Origin: Scyliorhinus canicula
Lineage: Eukaryota
Assembly: GCF_902713615.1 (NCBI RefSeq)
Contig: NC_052158.1
Span: 43,177,159-43,241,158, forward strand
Reading direction: 5' to 3'
Length of the DNA: 64,000 bases
Shown here piece after piece: positions 1 through 10,684 of this stretch (position 1 is the stretch's first letter; each line of letters starts with the position of its first letter). The notes beneath the pieces were generated by a model that saw only the letters and a list, made by a program, of their open reading frames with translations, did not search any database and was not told the origin of the DNA. The translations under genes were made by a program, and so were the position numbers.

Positions 1-1090
1 CCACTTAAGGCGGGGATCGGCAGCATGGAGATGAGGCTGGAACTTCAAAGCCAGGTTATCCAGAAAGTGGAGGAGGCGGTGGGGGAGCATGAGGAGCAGC
101 TTGCTTCATTGGCTTCCCAGATGGGGATAATGCGATATACGTAGAATCAGTTTCAGGAGAAGGTGGAGAACTGCTCCAGGTGACAGATCCTGAGGTTTTG
201 TGGGGTTGCCAGAGGGCATTGAGGGAGTGATGCAGGCTCATATGTGGCCAGGATGTTTGAGAGGTTGCTGGGAGAGGGGGTCTCTGAACAGCCCCTGGAG
301 GTGGACTGGGCACACAGGGAACTGATGAGGAAACTGCAGGTAAACGAGCCGCCGAGGGCGATGGTGGTGCAGTTGCGCTGGTTTCTGGACAAGGTGCGGA
401 TCCTGAGGTGGGCCAGGTGGTGAAAGATGAGGTGATGTACCTGGGATGGCAGTGAACTTCGGGTGTACCAGGGCCTGGCCCACAGGAGAGCCGGTTTTAA
501 TAAAGTGAAGGCTGCTTTCTTTAACAAGGGGGTGAAATTTGGGATGCTGTACCCGGCTCGCCTCTGGGTGACTTACAATGTCCGTGAATTCTACTTTGGG
601 ACGCCGGAGAAAGTGGTGGAGCTTTTGAGGGACAATGGACTGGCAGGAGAAGGACATTGAACTTTGGAAGAGGTGTTCTTTTTTCTTTGGGGGCCATTGT
701 CCTGTGATCTTCTGTGGGGGATGGATGGTTGCTCTCTTTCTTTGCTTTTGGTCTTTCAATGATGGTGTTGTTTGCATAGGGATAGTGAGTGAGCGGAGAT
801 GGCGAGGTTAGTGGATGAGAGTCTGCTGGTGGATAGGAGGTACTCGGAGGCCCCGGAGGCAGGGGTGTTGAGGGAGTGGCAGAAACTACAGATGGAGTTT
901 GGGCTGATATCCATGGGTAAGGTGGTAGGGAAGTTGAGGAGAGTTAAAGGGGCGGTCTATGGATACGGGGAAAAGGCGAGTAAAATGTTGGCACATCAAT
1001 TGAGGAAGTAGGAGGAAGCGAGGGAGATCGAGAAAGTGAAGGATAGGGGAGGGAATATGGTCTTGGACCTGGTGGGGGTGAATGGAAATA
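1..1090 (+). mobile_element. Degenerate L1/Tx1-clade LINE remnant (ORF1 C-terminus plus a short ORF2 linker fragment)
   Basis: 463-660 encodes GVKFGMLYPARLWVTYN (L1 ORF1 C-terminal motif); 799-1011 encodes YGYGEKASKMLAHQLRK (ORF2 post-endonuclease linker). Many stops; the endonuclease is missing. Confidence 0.8.
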
Positions 1091-1244
1091 TGAAGTCATC
1101 TGCTTTTAATCTAGAAAAATAGATCAAAGTACTTTTTAAATAGTGAAAATCTAGAAATAGTGGAGGTACAAAAAGACCTTGGGGTCTAGGTGCATCAATC
1201 ATTAAAATGCCATGTGCAGATAAAGGAGTAATCAAAAAAGCCAA

Positions 1245-1810
1245 TTAAATAAGGGCCTTTAAACCCACAAAACTGGAATCCAAGGAGATAGAAGACATAT
1301 ATCAGCTTTACAAAGTCCTGGTTTGACCAAACCTGGAATACTGGAACAGTTCAGGACCCCTCACCATTGGAAGGATATACTAACCTTGGAGGGAGGGCAG
1401 TATAGATTGACGAGAATTATACCTGGACTGCAGAGGTTAAATGATGGAGAAAGATTAAACAGGTGAGGGTTATGTTCCCCAGATTTTTGAATGTTAAGTA
1501 GGGATTTGATTGCAGAAATGTATCTTCACTGCCTTAGCAATCTAAGACCTGGGGGGGGGGGGGCATAATCTAAAAGTTCTTTTGCATTAGAAATTTGAAA
1601 CTTGCTTCCACAAACAACAATTGATGCTAGTTGCTAGTTGAATTATCTTTTTTAAAACGAAGGTTGATACATTTTTGGCAACCATAGGTATTAAGCTATG
1701 TGGGGCAAAGGCAGGTGTATGGAGGGGAGTCACAGATAAGCCAGCAAAAAGAGTGGAATTAACAACAATTCCAGGTAGGATTTGTTGGGAACAGTAAGTG
1801 ATCCCGGCAT
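1245..1810 (+). mobile_element. Highly degenerate CR1 LINE 3' fragment
   Basis: CTTTACAAAGTCCTGGTTTGACCAAACCTGGAATACTG resembles the LYK-LVRP-LEYC motif seen intact in the CR1 at 24522-26696. Confidence 0.6.
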
Positions 1811-2898
1811 CGTTGTGACCATATGATTGCCATGTAAAGGTATGTTCATCTCCCACTCAATGCAATTAATTGAGCTTGCAGAAACTAGTTGACATTTGTT
1901 TGGTCAGTTGCTCATTTGTTACCTTTAATGTTTTTAAACTGGCAATTGATTGTCTGATTATTTGTTTTGTGAGTGAAAATTTTTCATTTGCTCAGATATA
2001 CCATAGATGTGAGCCAATCCATATGATTGCTTTGCCACTTCGTGTTACTTGAGCCATTGACAATTTTTGTTCCTACATGTATGAGAGAAAATGATATAAA
2101 CACACACATTAAGCAACCAGATGCCGAGTTGGTAGGACTCTCATCCCTGGATCAGAAGATTAGGGATCTCACTCATGAGTCTTTAGCACAAATTTCAGCT
2201 GACATTGCAACAATTTACTGAGGTTATTTCAACATCATTTCCCTCCTTTGCAACCACTGCCTTTGAGAAGACAAAATATTGTTGGAACACCATCACTTCT
2301 CAGGTGCCACTCCAGATTGCATATTAAACTGATTTGGATATTTAACACTTTCTTCATTTTCATTGAGTACATTTACTGGAATGACTGACCTAACAGTACT
2401 GTCTGAACACCATACCATCATTAGAAGGAGAAGGTCCATCTTGGGACAACTAGGGATGGGTGATAAACATGATCTTGACAGTGTCACACATTCTGAGAAG
2501 AAATAAAATTGAAAGACTACCAGATCATGTTGTTGAATTTCAGGTGTAATATTAAACTGAGTTCCTATTTGACCTCAAAGGAAATAAAAATCCCAAGGTG
2601 CTGTTGAAAAAAAAAAGTGTTTTCCAGTGTCCTGGTCAAGGCTCCAGCCAACACTCCCGGATACAGATTAATTTACTTTATATCTCTAAAACAAAACAAA
2701 ATATTCCAAATACTGGAACTTTAAAAACTGAAAATGCTGAAAATATTCAGCATGCCAGGCGGTATATATGGTGAGATAAAGAGAGTTAATGGGCTGCATT
2801 TATAGAAGGTTTCACATTCACAAGCCACATTTGTTAGCCATAATCATCGTGAGCTGGCTAAATCAGCTGACAGTGGGAGCTCTGCCCCTCCTGAAATG

Positions 2899-3019
2899 AT
2901 GTGGAGATGCCGGCGTTGGACTGGGGTGAGCACAGTAAGAAGTCTTACAACACCAGGTTAAAGTCCAACAGGTTTGTTTCAAACACTAGCATTCGGAGCA
3001 CTGCTCCTTCCTCAGGTGA
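2899..3019 (-). mobile_element. 121-bp Penelope-type terminal insert with a mutated minimal hammerhead
   Basis: Flanked by CTCCTGAAATG at 2888-2898 and 3020-3030. Minus strand reads CAC-CTGAGGA-A-GGAGC-AGT-GCTCC-GAAT-GCTA-GTG (GAAA changed to GAAT). Same family as 40698-40785. Confidence 0.7.
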
Positions 3020-3395
3020 CTCCTGAAATGGAAATTCCATCCTCCAGAGCTGCCTGCCAATCGATTGACTGGCAACACCAGCAGTGTCAAGAGCTCAGTA
3101 GTACTCACTGGCGAGAATGCGAACAGTGTCAAAAGACAGCCCAACAGATCCCGGAGTGAGGTAAGTTTGGGGTGTTGGGAAGGGAAGGTTTGGCCAGTAT
3201 CGGGAAAGGGTGGAGGGGGGTTGAGGAATAGGGAGTAGAGGCATGGGTTTTGTGAGCAGATAATATGGGGAAATGCATTATAAAGATCAACTAGCTTGCT
3301 AACAAACTCAATTGACTTGTAATTATTCATTTACATCTGGTGATTGGGCTGGAATTTTGCCAGCTACCACCTACCGTGTTATGGGGGTGAGCTGG

Positions 3396-3746
3396 AGAAC
3401 ATAGAACATAGAACAGTACAGCAGAGAACAGGCCCTTCGGCCCTCAATGTTGTGCCGAGCCATGATCACCCTACTCAACCTACGTATCCACCCTATACCC
3501 GTAACCCAACAACCCCCCCCCCTTAACCTTACTTTTATTAGGACGCTACGGGCAATTTAGCATGGCCAATCCACCTAACCCGCACATCTTTGGACTGTGG
3601 GAGGAAACCGGAGCACCCGGAGGAAACCCACGCACACAGGGGGAGGACGTGCAGACTCCACACAGACAGTGACCCAGCCGGGAATCGAACCTGGGACCCT
3701 GGAGCTGTGAAGCATTTATGCTAACCACCATGCTACCCTGCTGCCC
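3396..3746 (-). mobile_element. tRNA-derived shark SINE (HE1/V-SINE-like) with CR1-type tail
   Basis: Pol III A/B-box head (GGTTCGATTCC on minus), conserved central domain, (CTATGTT)n tail. Near-identical to 48676-49030. Confidence 0.85.
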
Positions 3747-3859
3747 CCTTGTGAGAAGGTGGTTGACTAGGCATCTGTCCTATTTTAAGTGACCCCTCTG
3801 TCAACCTAAAATACACACAGCAGGAGCACATAAAATTCAGCCCAACATTTTAGATCAAT

Positions 3860-4200
3860 GATGTTTCCTCAGAGTTCTGATGAAAGGCGATTGGCCTGAA
3901 ACATTGGGCAGAGATTTACGGCCTTGTTGCAGCAGGGGCGGGGCCACAAAATGCGATCAGCTTTTCAAATGCCGATTGGCTTCAGTGGGACCCATAAAAT
4001 TCTGTTGGCGTAAAATCTTTCCCATAAACTCTGTTTATCTCCACAGACAATAATAATAATAATCTTTATTGTCACAGTAGGCTTACATTAACACTGCAAA
4101 GTTACTGTGAAAAGATGCAGCCAGACCTGAATGTTTGCAGCAGCTTCAATTTTATTACCTTTCCTTTTATTTGCTGGTTGCAGGATCTTGTTTCTTGTTG
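3860..4200 (+). mobile_element. Second-family Penelope-type terminal remnant (decayed hammerhead) interrupted by a MITE at 3906-4023
   Basis: AGAGTT-CTGATGA-A-AGGC-GATTG-GCCT-GAAA-CATT, resuming after the MITE as AAACTCTGTTTATCTCCACAGA. MITE ends GGGCAGAGATTTACG / CGTAAAATCTTTCCC. Confidence 0.55.
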
Positions 4201-4662
4201 TCATTGTGTTGAAAGGACATGGGAATATGTTGAGGGTGTGATAAGGGTATATATAAATGTGAACTATTTCTTTAGTTAACTTGCTCTCCACTTCATGTTA
4301 AAAATGTTTCATTTTTGACCAGAGCTCGTGGTCTCCTATCAATTAGAAATGGTTATTTTTTACACTCTACAGTCAACCTATTGTACGAACATATGAAACA
4401 GGAGCAGAAGTCAGTCATTTAGTCCCTTGAGTCAGCTCTGCCGTTCAATAAGATCACTGAAAAGTTTGTGTTTTGAATGCCACATTTCCATCTAGCCCCA
4501 ATAGATTTCTATTAGGCAAGGGAATCAAAATTTATCTACCTCCACCTTAGAAATATTCAGTGACTCTGCCTGCACTGCCTTCGCGGCAGAAAATTCCAAA
4601 GTTGCACAACCCTCTGAGAGAAAATATTTCTCCCTATCTGTCCTAAAAGGACGGCTCCTAAT

Positions 4663-4845
4663 GGGCTGGTTTAGCTCAGTGGGCTAGAGAGCTGGTTTGT
4701 AATGCAGAACAAGGTCAACAGTGCGGGTTCAATTTCCGTACCAGTTTACCTGAACGAGCGCCGGAATGTGGCAACTAGGGGCTTTTCACAGCAACTTCAT
4801 ACTTATGACAATAAAAGGTTATTATTATATTATTTATTATTATTA
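4663..4845 (+). mobile_element. tRNA-derived SINE (second family) with (TTA)n tail
   Basis: GGGCTGGTTTAGCTCAGTGGG A-box, GGTTCAATTTCC B-box, AATAAA followed by a TTA microsatellite. Confidence 0.75.
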
Positions 4846-4879
4846 AAACAGTGCCCTCTAGTTCTGGACACGCACAAGA

Positions 4880-5735
4880 ACAAAGAAAAGTACAGCACCT
4901 TCGGCCCTCCAAGCCTGTGCCGACCATGCTGCCTGTCTAAAACCCTCTCTACTTCCAGGGTCCATATCCCTCTAATCCCATTATATTCATGTATTTGTCA
5001 AAACGTTCCTTAAACTATTGTACCTGCTTCCACCACCTCCTCCGACAGCGAGTTCCAGGCACCCACTACACTCTGTAAAAAAAAACTTCCCTCGCACATC
5101 TCCTCTAAAATTTGCCCCTCGCACCTTAAACATATGTCCTCTAGTAATTGACTTTTCCACCCTGGGAAAAATCTTCTGACTATCCGCTCTGTCCATGCCC
5201 CTCATAATTTTGTAGACTTCTATCAGGTCGTCCCTCAACCTCCGTCGTTCCAGTGAGAGCAAACCAAGTTTATCCAAGCCCTCCATAGCAGGCAACATCC
5301 TGGTAAATCTCTTCTGTACCCTCTACAAAACCTCCAGATCCTACTGGTAGTGTGGAGACAAGAATTGAACACTATACTCCAAGTGTGGCCTAACTAAGGT
5401 TCTATAAAGCTGCAACATGACTTGCCAATTTTTATACTCAATGCCTCGGCAAGTATGCATTTTTATACTCAATGCCGTATGCATTCTTGACTACCTTCTC
5501 CACTTACGTTGCCCTTTCAGTGACCTGTGAACTTGTATACCCAGATCCCTGGGTAAAAGAGAAAACATCCTTTCAACATCCTCCTTGTCAATACCATTCA
5601 GGGTCTTGCATATTTCAATTAAGTCACCCCTCACTCTTCAAAACTCTATTGGAGACAAGCCCAGTCATTCCAGGTATCAATCTAGTGAACCTCCTCTGAA
5701 CCACCTCCAACACATTTACATCCTCTCTTAAATCC
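4880..5735 (-). mobile_element. CR1 LINE 3' fragments
   Basis: ORF 4987-5298(-): LGLLSLERRRLRDDLIEVYKIMRG...TRGHMFKVRG is the CR1 ORF2 C-terminus. Confidence 0.85.
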
Positions 5736-5753
5736 TAGGGAATTTTCATAGTA

Positions 5754-6155
5754 ACTTCATTGCAGCGTTAATGTAAACCTACTTTAACACTAATAAAGAT
5801 TATTATCATTGTAAGGAAACCAAAACTGCACACAGTATTCAACATGTGCTCTCATCAATACTCTGTATAACTGAAGCATAGCATCCTAACCTTTATGTTC
5901 TATTTTTCTCACAACAAATGACATAGCCTTCTAATCGCTAGACCTTTTGTGACTCATGCACGAGAACACCTAGTTCCTCCTGCACCGCAGAATTCTGCAG
6001 AGTTCTCCGTCAAAGTCACACTGCATTTTTATTCTTCCTGCTCAAGGGAACAGCTTCACATTTCCCACATTATACTTCTACCAGAGTTTTGCCCACTCAA
6101 CCTATTCATATCCATCTGTCCTCTCCTTGTGTCCTTTTCACAACGCCCTTTCCTA
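5754..6155. repeat. 402-bp host duplication, left copy
   Basis: Matches 16705-17106 apart from 3 substitutions I could see, all in the first ~75 bp. Starts inside a SINE tail that is continuous with sequence to its left. Confidence 0.95.
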
Positions 6156-6813
6156 AGTAAAACACTCGAACACGTCAGTAACGAATATTCGTTTATTTAC
6201 GGCCGGGACAAATCTCTAAGCAGTCGGGTAACTACCTTCGAGAAGTGCCAAAGTCCAAAATATGGACTGTCTCTTTATACAATCACAGCTTAGAGGTGGT
6301 CCCTTTAAATTCCTAGATACACCTATGATTTGGCAAGGATCCAGAACATGTACATATATGGAATTATTCTTCGAGGTCGGGAGGTTATTTTTGACATAAT
6401 CATTAGCACAAGTCACTATCAATATTAATACAAAGGTTTTTGTATCCCATGGCCATATGGCTCAACTCACTCTAAAGACAGTCCCTCTTACATTTCAATG
6501 TTTATTCGTTCCAACTGGTCAAACGAGCTTAATTATGTTATCTCTGCAATAAAGTAACGGTTCCCATTCATTCCATTCTTTGCCTTTTTGACCTCTCTGC
6601 TTTTACAGATACGGGTCAGAACATTAATTAGTACCAATGCCACACTCCCTATATTCCATCCCATAACCTTCTGACATCTTTGCTTTTACAGATGCCGGTC
6701 AGACACACTCCCTTTATTTCATCCCTTGACCTGTTGACATCTCTTTCACAGAGCTTTTCAGAACTGTTATATTAACTCTATCAGCGAAGTTCCAAATGAA
6801 ATCCACTTCTACA
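6156..6813 (-). repeat. ERV 3' LTR (658 bp)
   Basis: Minus strand TGTAGAAG...GTTTTACT; two differences seen versus 16047-16704; U3 contains imperfect ~85-bp direct repeats. Confidence 0.95.
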
Positions 6814-6858
6814 TTCCCCCCTTTGATCATTCCTTGATCACATAACACTCAGGATACT

Positions 6859-7736
6859 TTAGATGGAAATGAGAGCGAGGCGGAGGTACTCCTCCTCTAC
6901 TAGGCTCCGGCAGGATGCCACTTCCTCATATAGGTCAGGGGTAGGTGGAACCAGTGTTTCTTTTTCGTCTAGGGCGGATCTCTGAAGCATCTGTGGTAAT
7001 GCAGTGGCACCCAAACGGTTGCATAGGCATTTCACACCAGTAGCTATGATACAGAGCAACAAACAGATGGTAACGAAGATAATGAGCCCATGGAATAGGT
7101 AAGTGGCCCAAGAATTGGACCACATCCAGCTCCACCAGTCAGCCTGACCGGCGAGTCGCAAGCGCTGTACTCCATCTCTGATATGGGTTACCAGACGCGT
7201 GATATTCTCTGAACTGTCTGGAATATAACCCATGCAGCCGTCTGTTCGATCGAGAAAGGAACAGATATCAAGGGAACGCCTCCATGGGCATGGGTCGGGA
7301 CCCGTGTACATACCCAGCAAGAGGAGACACCCACTTTCTTAGCATAGACATAGGACATAAACAGAAATGAATTCGCCGTTACATGGTGCGTTGCCCGCTT
7401 CCTTCTGGAAGGCGAGTAGGGGTGAGTAGTCCTTGGTGGTAAAATTTGTACCCTGTCCTTATCAATGCACCGGTGGTTCCACCGGCATGTGCGGCGATCG
7501 TAGATCAGAACCATGTACGTAGTCAGGAATCGGGGCTTCTGGTCGTCGGGATGAACGGTGGTCGGGCAGGTGTTGATAAGGGTGGTGATCCATCGGAGAC
7601 CTGTCGTTGTTCCACATCGTGGGGTTCCTTCTCGGCACAGGGGTGGACGTCGGCTTCCATACGGGCATCTCCTTCCTTCGGATGCAGCGAGAGAGAGCAA
7701 GGTGGCGAGTATTGTGACGGCGAAGAGGGGCCTCAT
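6859..7736 (-). pseudogene. env: Deleted gamma-type env: signal peptide and early SU joined to the TM C-terminus
   Basis: 7188-7736: MRPLFAVTILATLLSLAA signal, RRKR, then SSCWVC (CxxC). 6859-7320 frame ends with WWSWMWSNSW, the TM helix YLFHGLIIFVTICLLLCII and a cytoplasmic tail. Most of SU and the TM ectodomain are absent. Confidence 0.85.
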
Positions 7737-7780
7737 CCTGGTACTCGTGTTCCTAGGACTTAAAGGAAAAGTTTAGAACA

Positions 7781-8833
7781 TCATGGATACTTAATTAACT
7801 TACAATGGTGCATATGTACCCATGCGTTCCGGCCCTCCACTTTTACTGCAGTGGGGGTAGTGAGTAGAACCTGTAGGGGACCCTCCCATCGAGGTTCCAA
7901 ACCCTTACGTGTCCAATTTCGAATTAGGACATAATCCCCAGGGTTGATGGAGACGTCATGAGTAATGGAGGGGACTTCTTCCTGGGTGGCACGAACTCGG
8001 GAGTGTAATCCTTTCAAAATTCTAGTTAGTGTTAATATATAATTAGCCATCTCGGTAGTCATGTAATGGAATTGAACATTCCGTGGAACACTGCTGTCCC
8101 AAGGCGTTCGAAAGGGTCTGCCATATAGTATTTCCGCTGGGCTTAGGCGAGTTTTTCCTGCGGGGGTGGCACGTAGCTGGAAGAGTGCTAAAGGCAGGAG
8201 TTTGAGCCAAGTGGCCCCAGTGTCTGCTTGTAGTTTAGCGAGTTTAGTCTTTAGAGTCTGATTAGCCCTTTCCACCACTCCAGCGGCTTGTGGTCTGTAG
8301 GCACAATGAAACTGTTGCTTTATTCCAAGCAGAGCACAGAATTCCTTATTGATTTGACCTATGAAGTGGGGACCATTGTCAGAGCTCAGCCGGGCTGGAA
8401 TTCCAAATCGCGGAACAATTTCTCGCATTAACACCTTAACTACTGTCGAGGCCTTGTTATCCGTAGTCGGGTAGGCCTCGATCCATTTGCTAAAAGTGTC
8501 CACAATGACTAACACATATTTATAGCATTGACATCTTTCCAACTCAATGTAATCCATTTGTAGGGTCTCAAATGGACCCTCAGGTAAGGGGGTTGTGCCA
8601 GGATCACAGGGGACGGCCTTACCGGGGTTGTGCTGTTGACAGATTAGGCACCGACTGCTAATTTGTTGGGCCATTTCTTGCAGTCGAGGGTGCCACCAGC
8701 TTTTTAACAATATGTCCCCTGTGGCACGAGCTCCACAGTGAGTTGCAAAGTGTACACATTCGGTCACCCAGGCTGCTAATGCATCGGTCATACATGTTTG
8801 TCCTACCGGGGTGACCCACAGCTTCGATATCAT
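7781..8833 (-). CDS. pol: Retroviral integrase domain (open frame, separated from upstream pol by a frameshift)
   Basis: HFATH..CLIC zinc finger, MDYI / SDNG / GVVERANQTLK (D,D35E), C-terminal WEGPLQVLLTTPTAVKVEG. Confidence 0.92.
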   Translation of the reverse strand: MISKLWVTPVGQTCMTDALAAWVTECVHFATHCGARATGDILLKSWWHPRLQEMAQQISSRCLICQQHNPGKAVPCDPGTTPLPEGPFETLQMDYIELERCQCYKYVLVIVDTFSKWIEAYPTTDNKASTVVKVLMREIVPRFGIPARLSSDNGPHFIGQINKEFCALLGIKQQFHCAYRPQAAGVVERANQTLKTKLAKLQADTGATWLKLLPLALFQLRATPAGKTRLSPAEILYGRPFRTPWDSSVPRNVQFHYMTTEMANYILTLTRILKGLHSRVRATQEEVPSITHDVSINPGDYVLIRNWTRKGLEPRWEGPLQVLLTTPTAVKVEGRNAWVHMHHCKLIKYP

Positions 8834-9800
8834 ATATACATCCTAAGTTTTTCCACATATTTACAGCAGTTGCAGGAGCGTCCTCCTGCATTTGGATTAT
8901 GTCAGCAATGGTTGGCATAGGTTTTTCAGAGGGGGACTTTCCCGAGGGGGTTTTAGTCTGCCTCATCATTCTAGGCACCATTAGTTTGCCAGATTTAGAA
9001 ATTTCTTTTGCCTTCTCGTCCGCTCTCCTGTTGCCCGTTTCCACCAGTCCTGTGCCTTTTGTATGCGCTGCGCATTTTATCACCGCTATCTTGTCTGGGA
9101 GCATAAGGGCCTGCAATAACTGGGTTACTAACTGCTGGTGTGAGATGGGTGTACCAGCGGAGGTTAGAAATCCTCTGTTTTTCCAATCAGTTCTTGATCG
9201 ATGATTGCATAGCCAGATTGTCTATCCCCCCTTTCGCCGACGGAAGAACTTCCAGCGGTGAAAAAGGAACAATCTGCACTTGGGAGGGGTATATCGGAGA
9301 GGTCGTCTCGAACCGAGGAGACTTCCTGCAACAGTTGCAGACAGTCATGAGTTGGGTCGAGCATGTCTGTGGGAGGATGCGTCAAAAAGTTAGCAGGGTT
9401 GATAGTGGTGCAGTGGGCAAACTGGACCTTTGGGTTATTAAGGAGAGCAATCTCATATCTATTCTGACGAGCCATCGTGAGATGCTGAGTCTGTAGCTGT
9501 CCCAAAAGGGCCGTAACAGAATGGGAACTATAGACAGTGATATCTTGTTGGAGGGTACTATTAGCAGCCGATTGCAGGCTGTTGTAGATAGCTGCAAGAA
9601 TTTGGGTACAGATAGGATAGCCAAGGGCTACCGGATCGAGTTTAGAGGAGTAGTATGCAACCGGGCGACAGCGGTCGCCGTGGCGTTGGGTCAGGACAGC
9701 TGTGGCGCAGTCGGCAAGGACTGTGCAATAGAGCTGAAAAGGGCGATCATATAAGGGTCGACCAAGGGCAGGGGCCTGGAGGAGTGCCTCCTTGAGGCGG
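8834..9800 (-). pseudogene. pol: ERV pol connection and RNase H, frameshifted
   Basis: LLQAPALGRP, PVAYYSSKLDPVA, TINPANFL, FTAGSS (catalytic D lost), IAVIKCAAH...GNRRADEKAK. Protease and RT core are absent. Confidence 0.9.
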
Positions 9801-10684
9801 TTCTGCTAGTGACTGTTTGTGATCAGCGGGCACTAGGACCCTGCGGAGCCATGCAGTGTCAATTTCAACGCAGCAGTTTCGAAACTGCTCAGCACAAATT
9901 CTTTATCTGTTTATTCTGAGACCAATGTAGTTCTGAACATACTGAGTTACTCATAATACTGATTGTGTTGTTCCTCGTGTCTTAATAAAGCTCGCAGTCT
10001 CAAGTGTGGAGAAGATGCTTTATTGTGGGTTCGTTCAGTTTCCAGAGCTCGACCTAGAACTACCTTCCAGTGCTAACTACCAGCTTTGCTTGCTGTGTGT
10101 CCTGCTTACCAGCCCCCCTGCTGTGAAGAGTGTGTCCTCACTTCCTGTCCTGATCTATTTATATGGCTCTCCCGTGCTCCCTCTAGTGGTCGCTCAGTTG
10201 TGTTGCATCTGGTTAACTTGTGATCACCACATCCCCCTTTTTCTCTTAACATATTTTCTGAACATCGTTAAAGAAAATTGTACATCCTGTCCCAGTGTAT
10301 TTATAGCTCTCCCGCTCGTGTTTGCTCTGTTGTTTTTTTTTTTATCTGGTCAATCTACGATCACCACATCCCCCTTTTTCTCATTACATAGTTTCTGTAC
10401 ATCATTAAAGAAATTTTATACAAAACAGTAACTTATGATATGCGTATCTATACAAGTGATGATGCTATTGCCTTAGTTAACAAAGCCAATGTATTTATAT
10501 GTCCAATCTTAATAAAAACATTTATGAGTCCAAACTTGATGAATTTGTTCAGAGCTTTTTTTTTTTTCTTTTTGTTGTTGATGACGTGGTGATATTGATA
10601 TTGCAAGTCCGCTGTGAATGTTGTTGGTGTTCCTTGTTATCTTAAGTACCCAATGCGTCATCCCGAGGTGTCTGCATGGTCACA

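Noticed and set aside
1996-2260. Possible MHC class II alpha-1 exon (ESLAQISADIATI resembles GGEAGISANIAIV; an acceptor-like TTTGCTCAG precedes it)
   Set aside because: In-frame stops, no DGDE-x-FY-x-DF motif in any frame and no clear donor; the similarity is too short to support.
10006-10431. Repeated ORFs MEKMLYCGFVQFPELDLELPSS... (four places) and MTHAREHLVPP.../MIVTCANDY... (two places each)
   Set aside because: They are translations of LTRs or of the 402-bp duplication, with no protein-family features.
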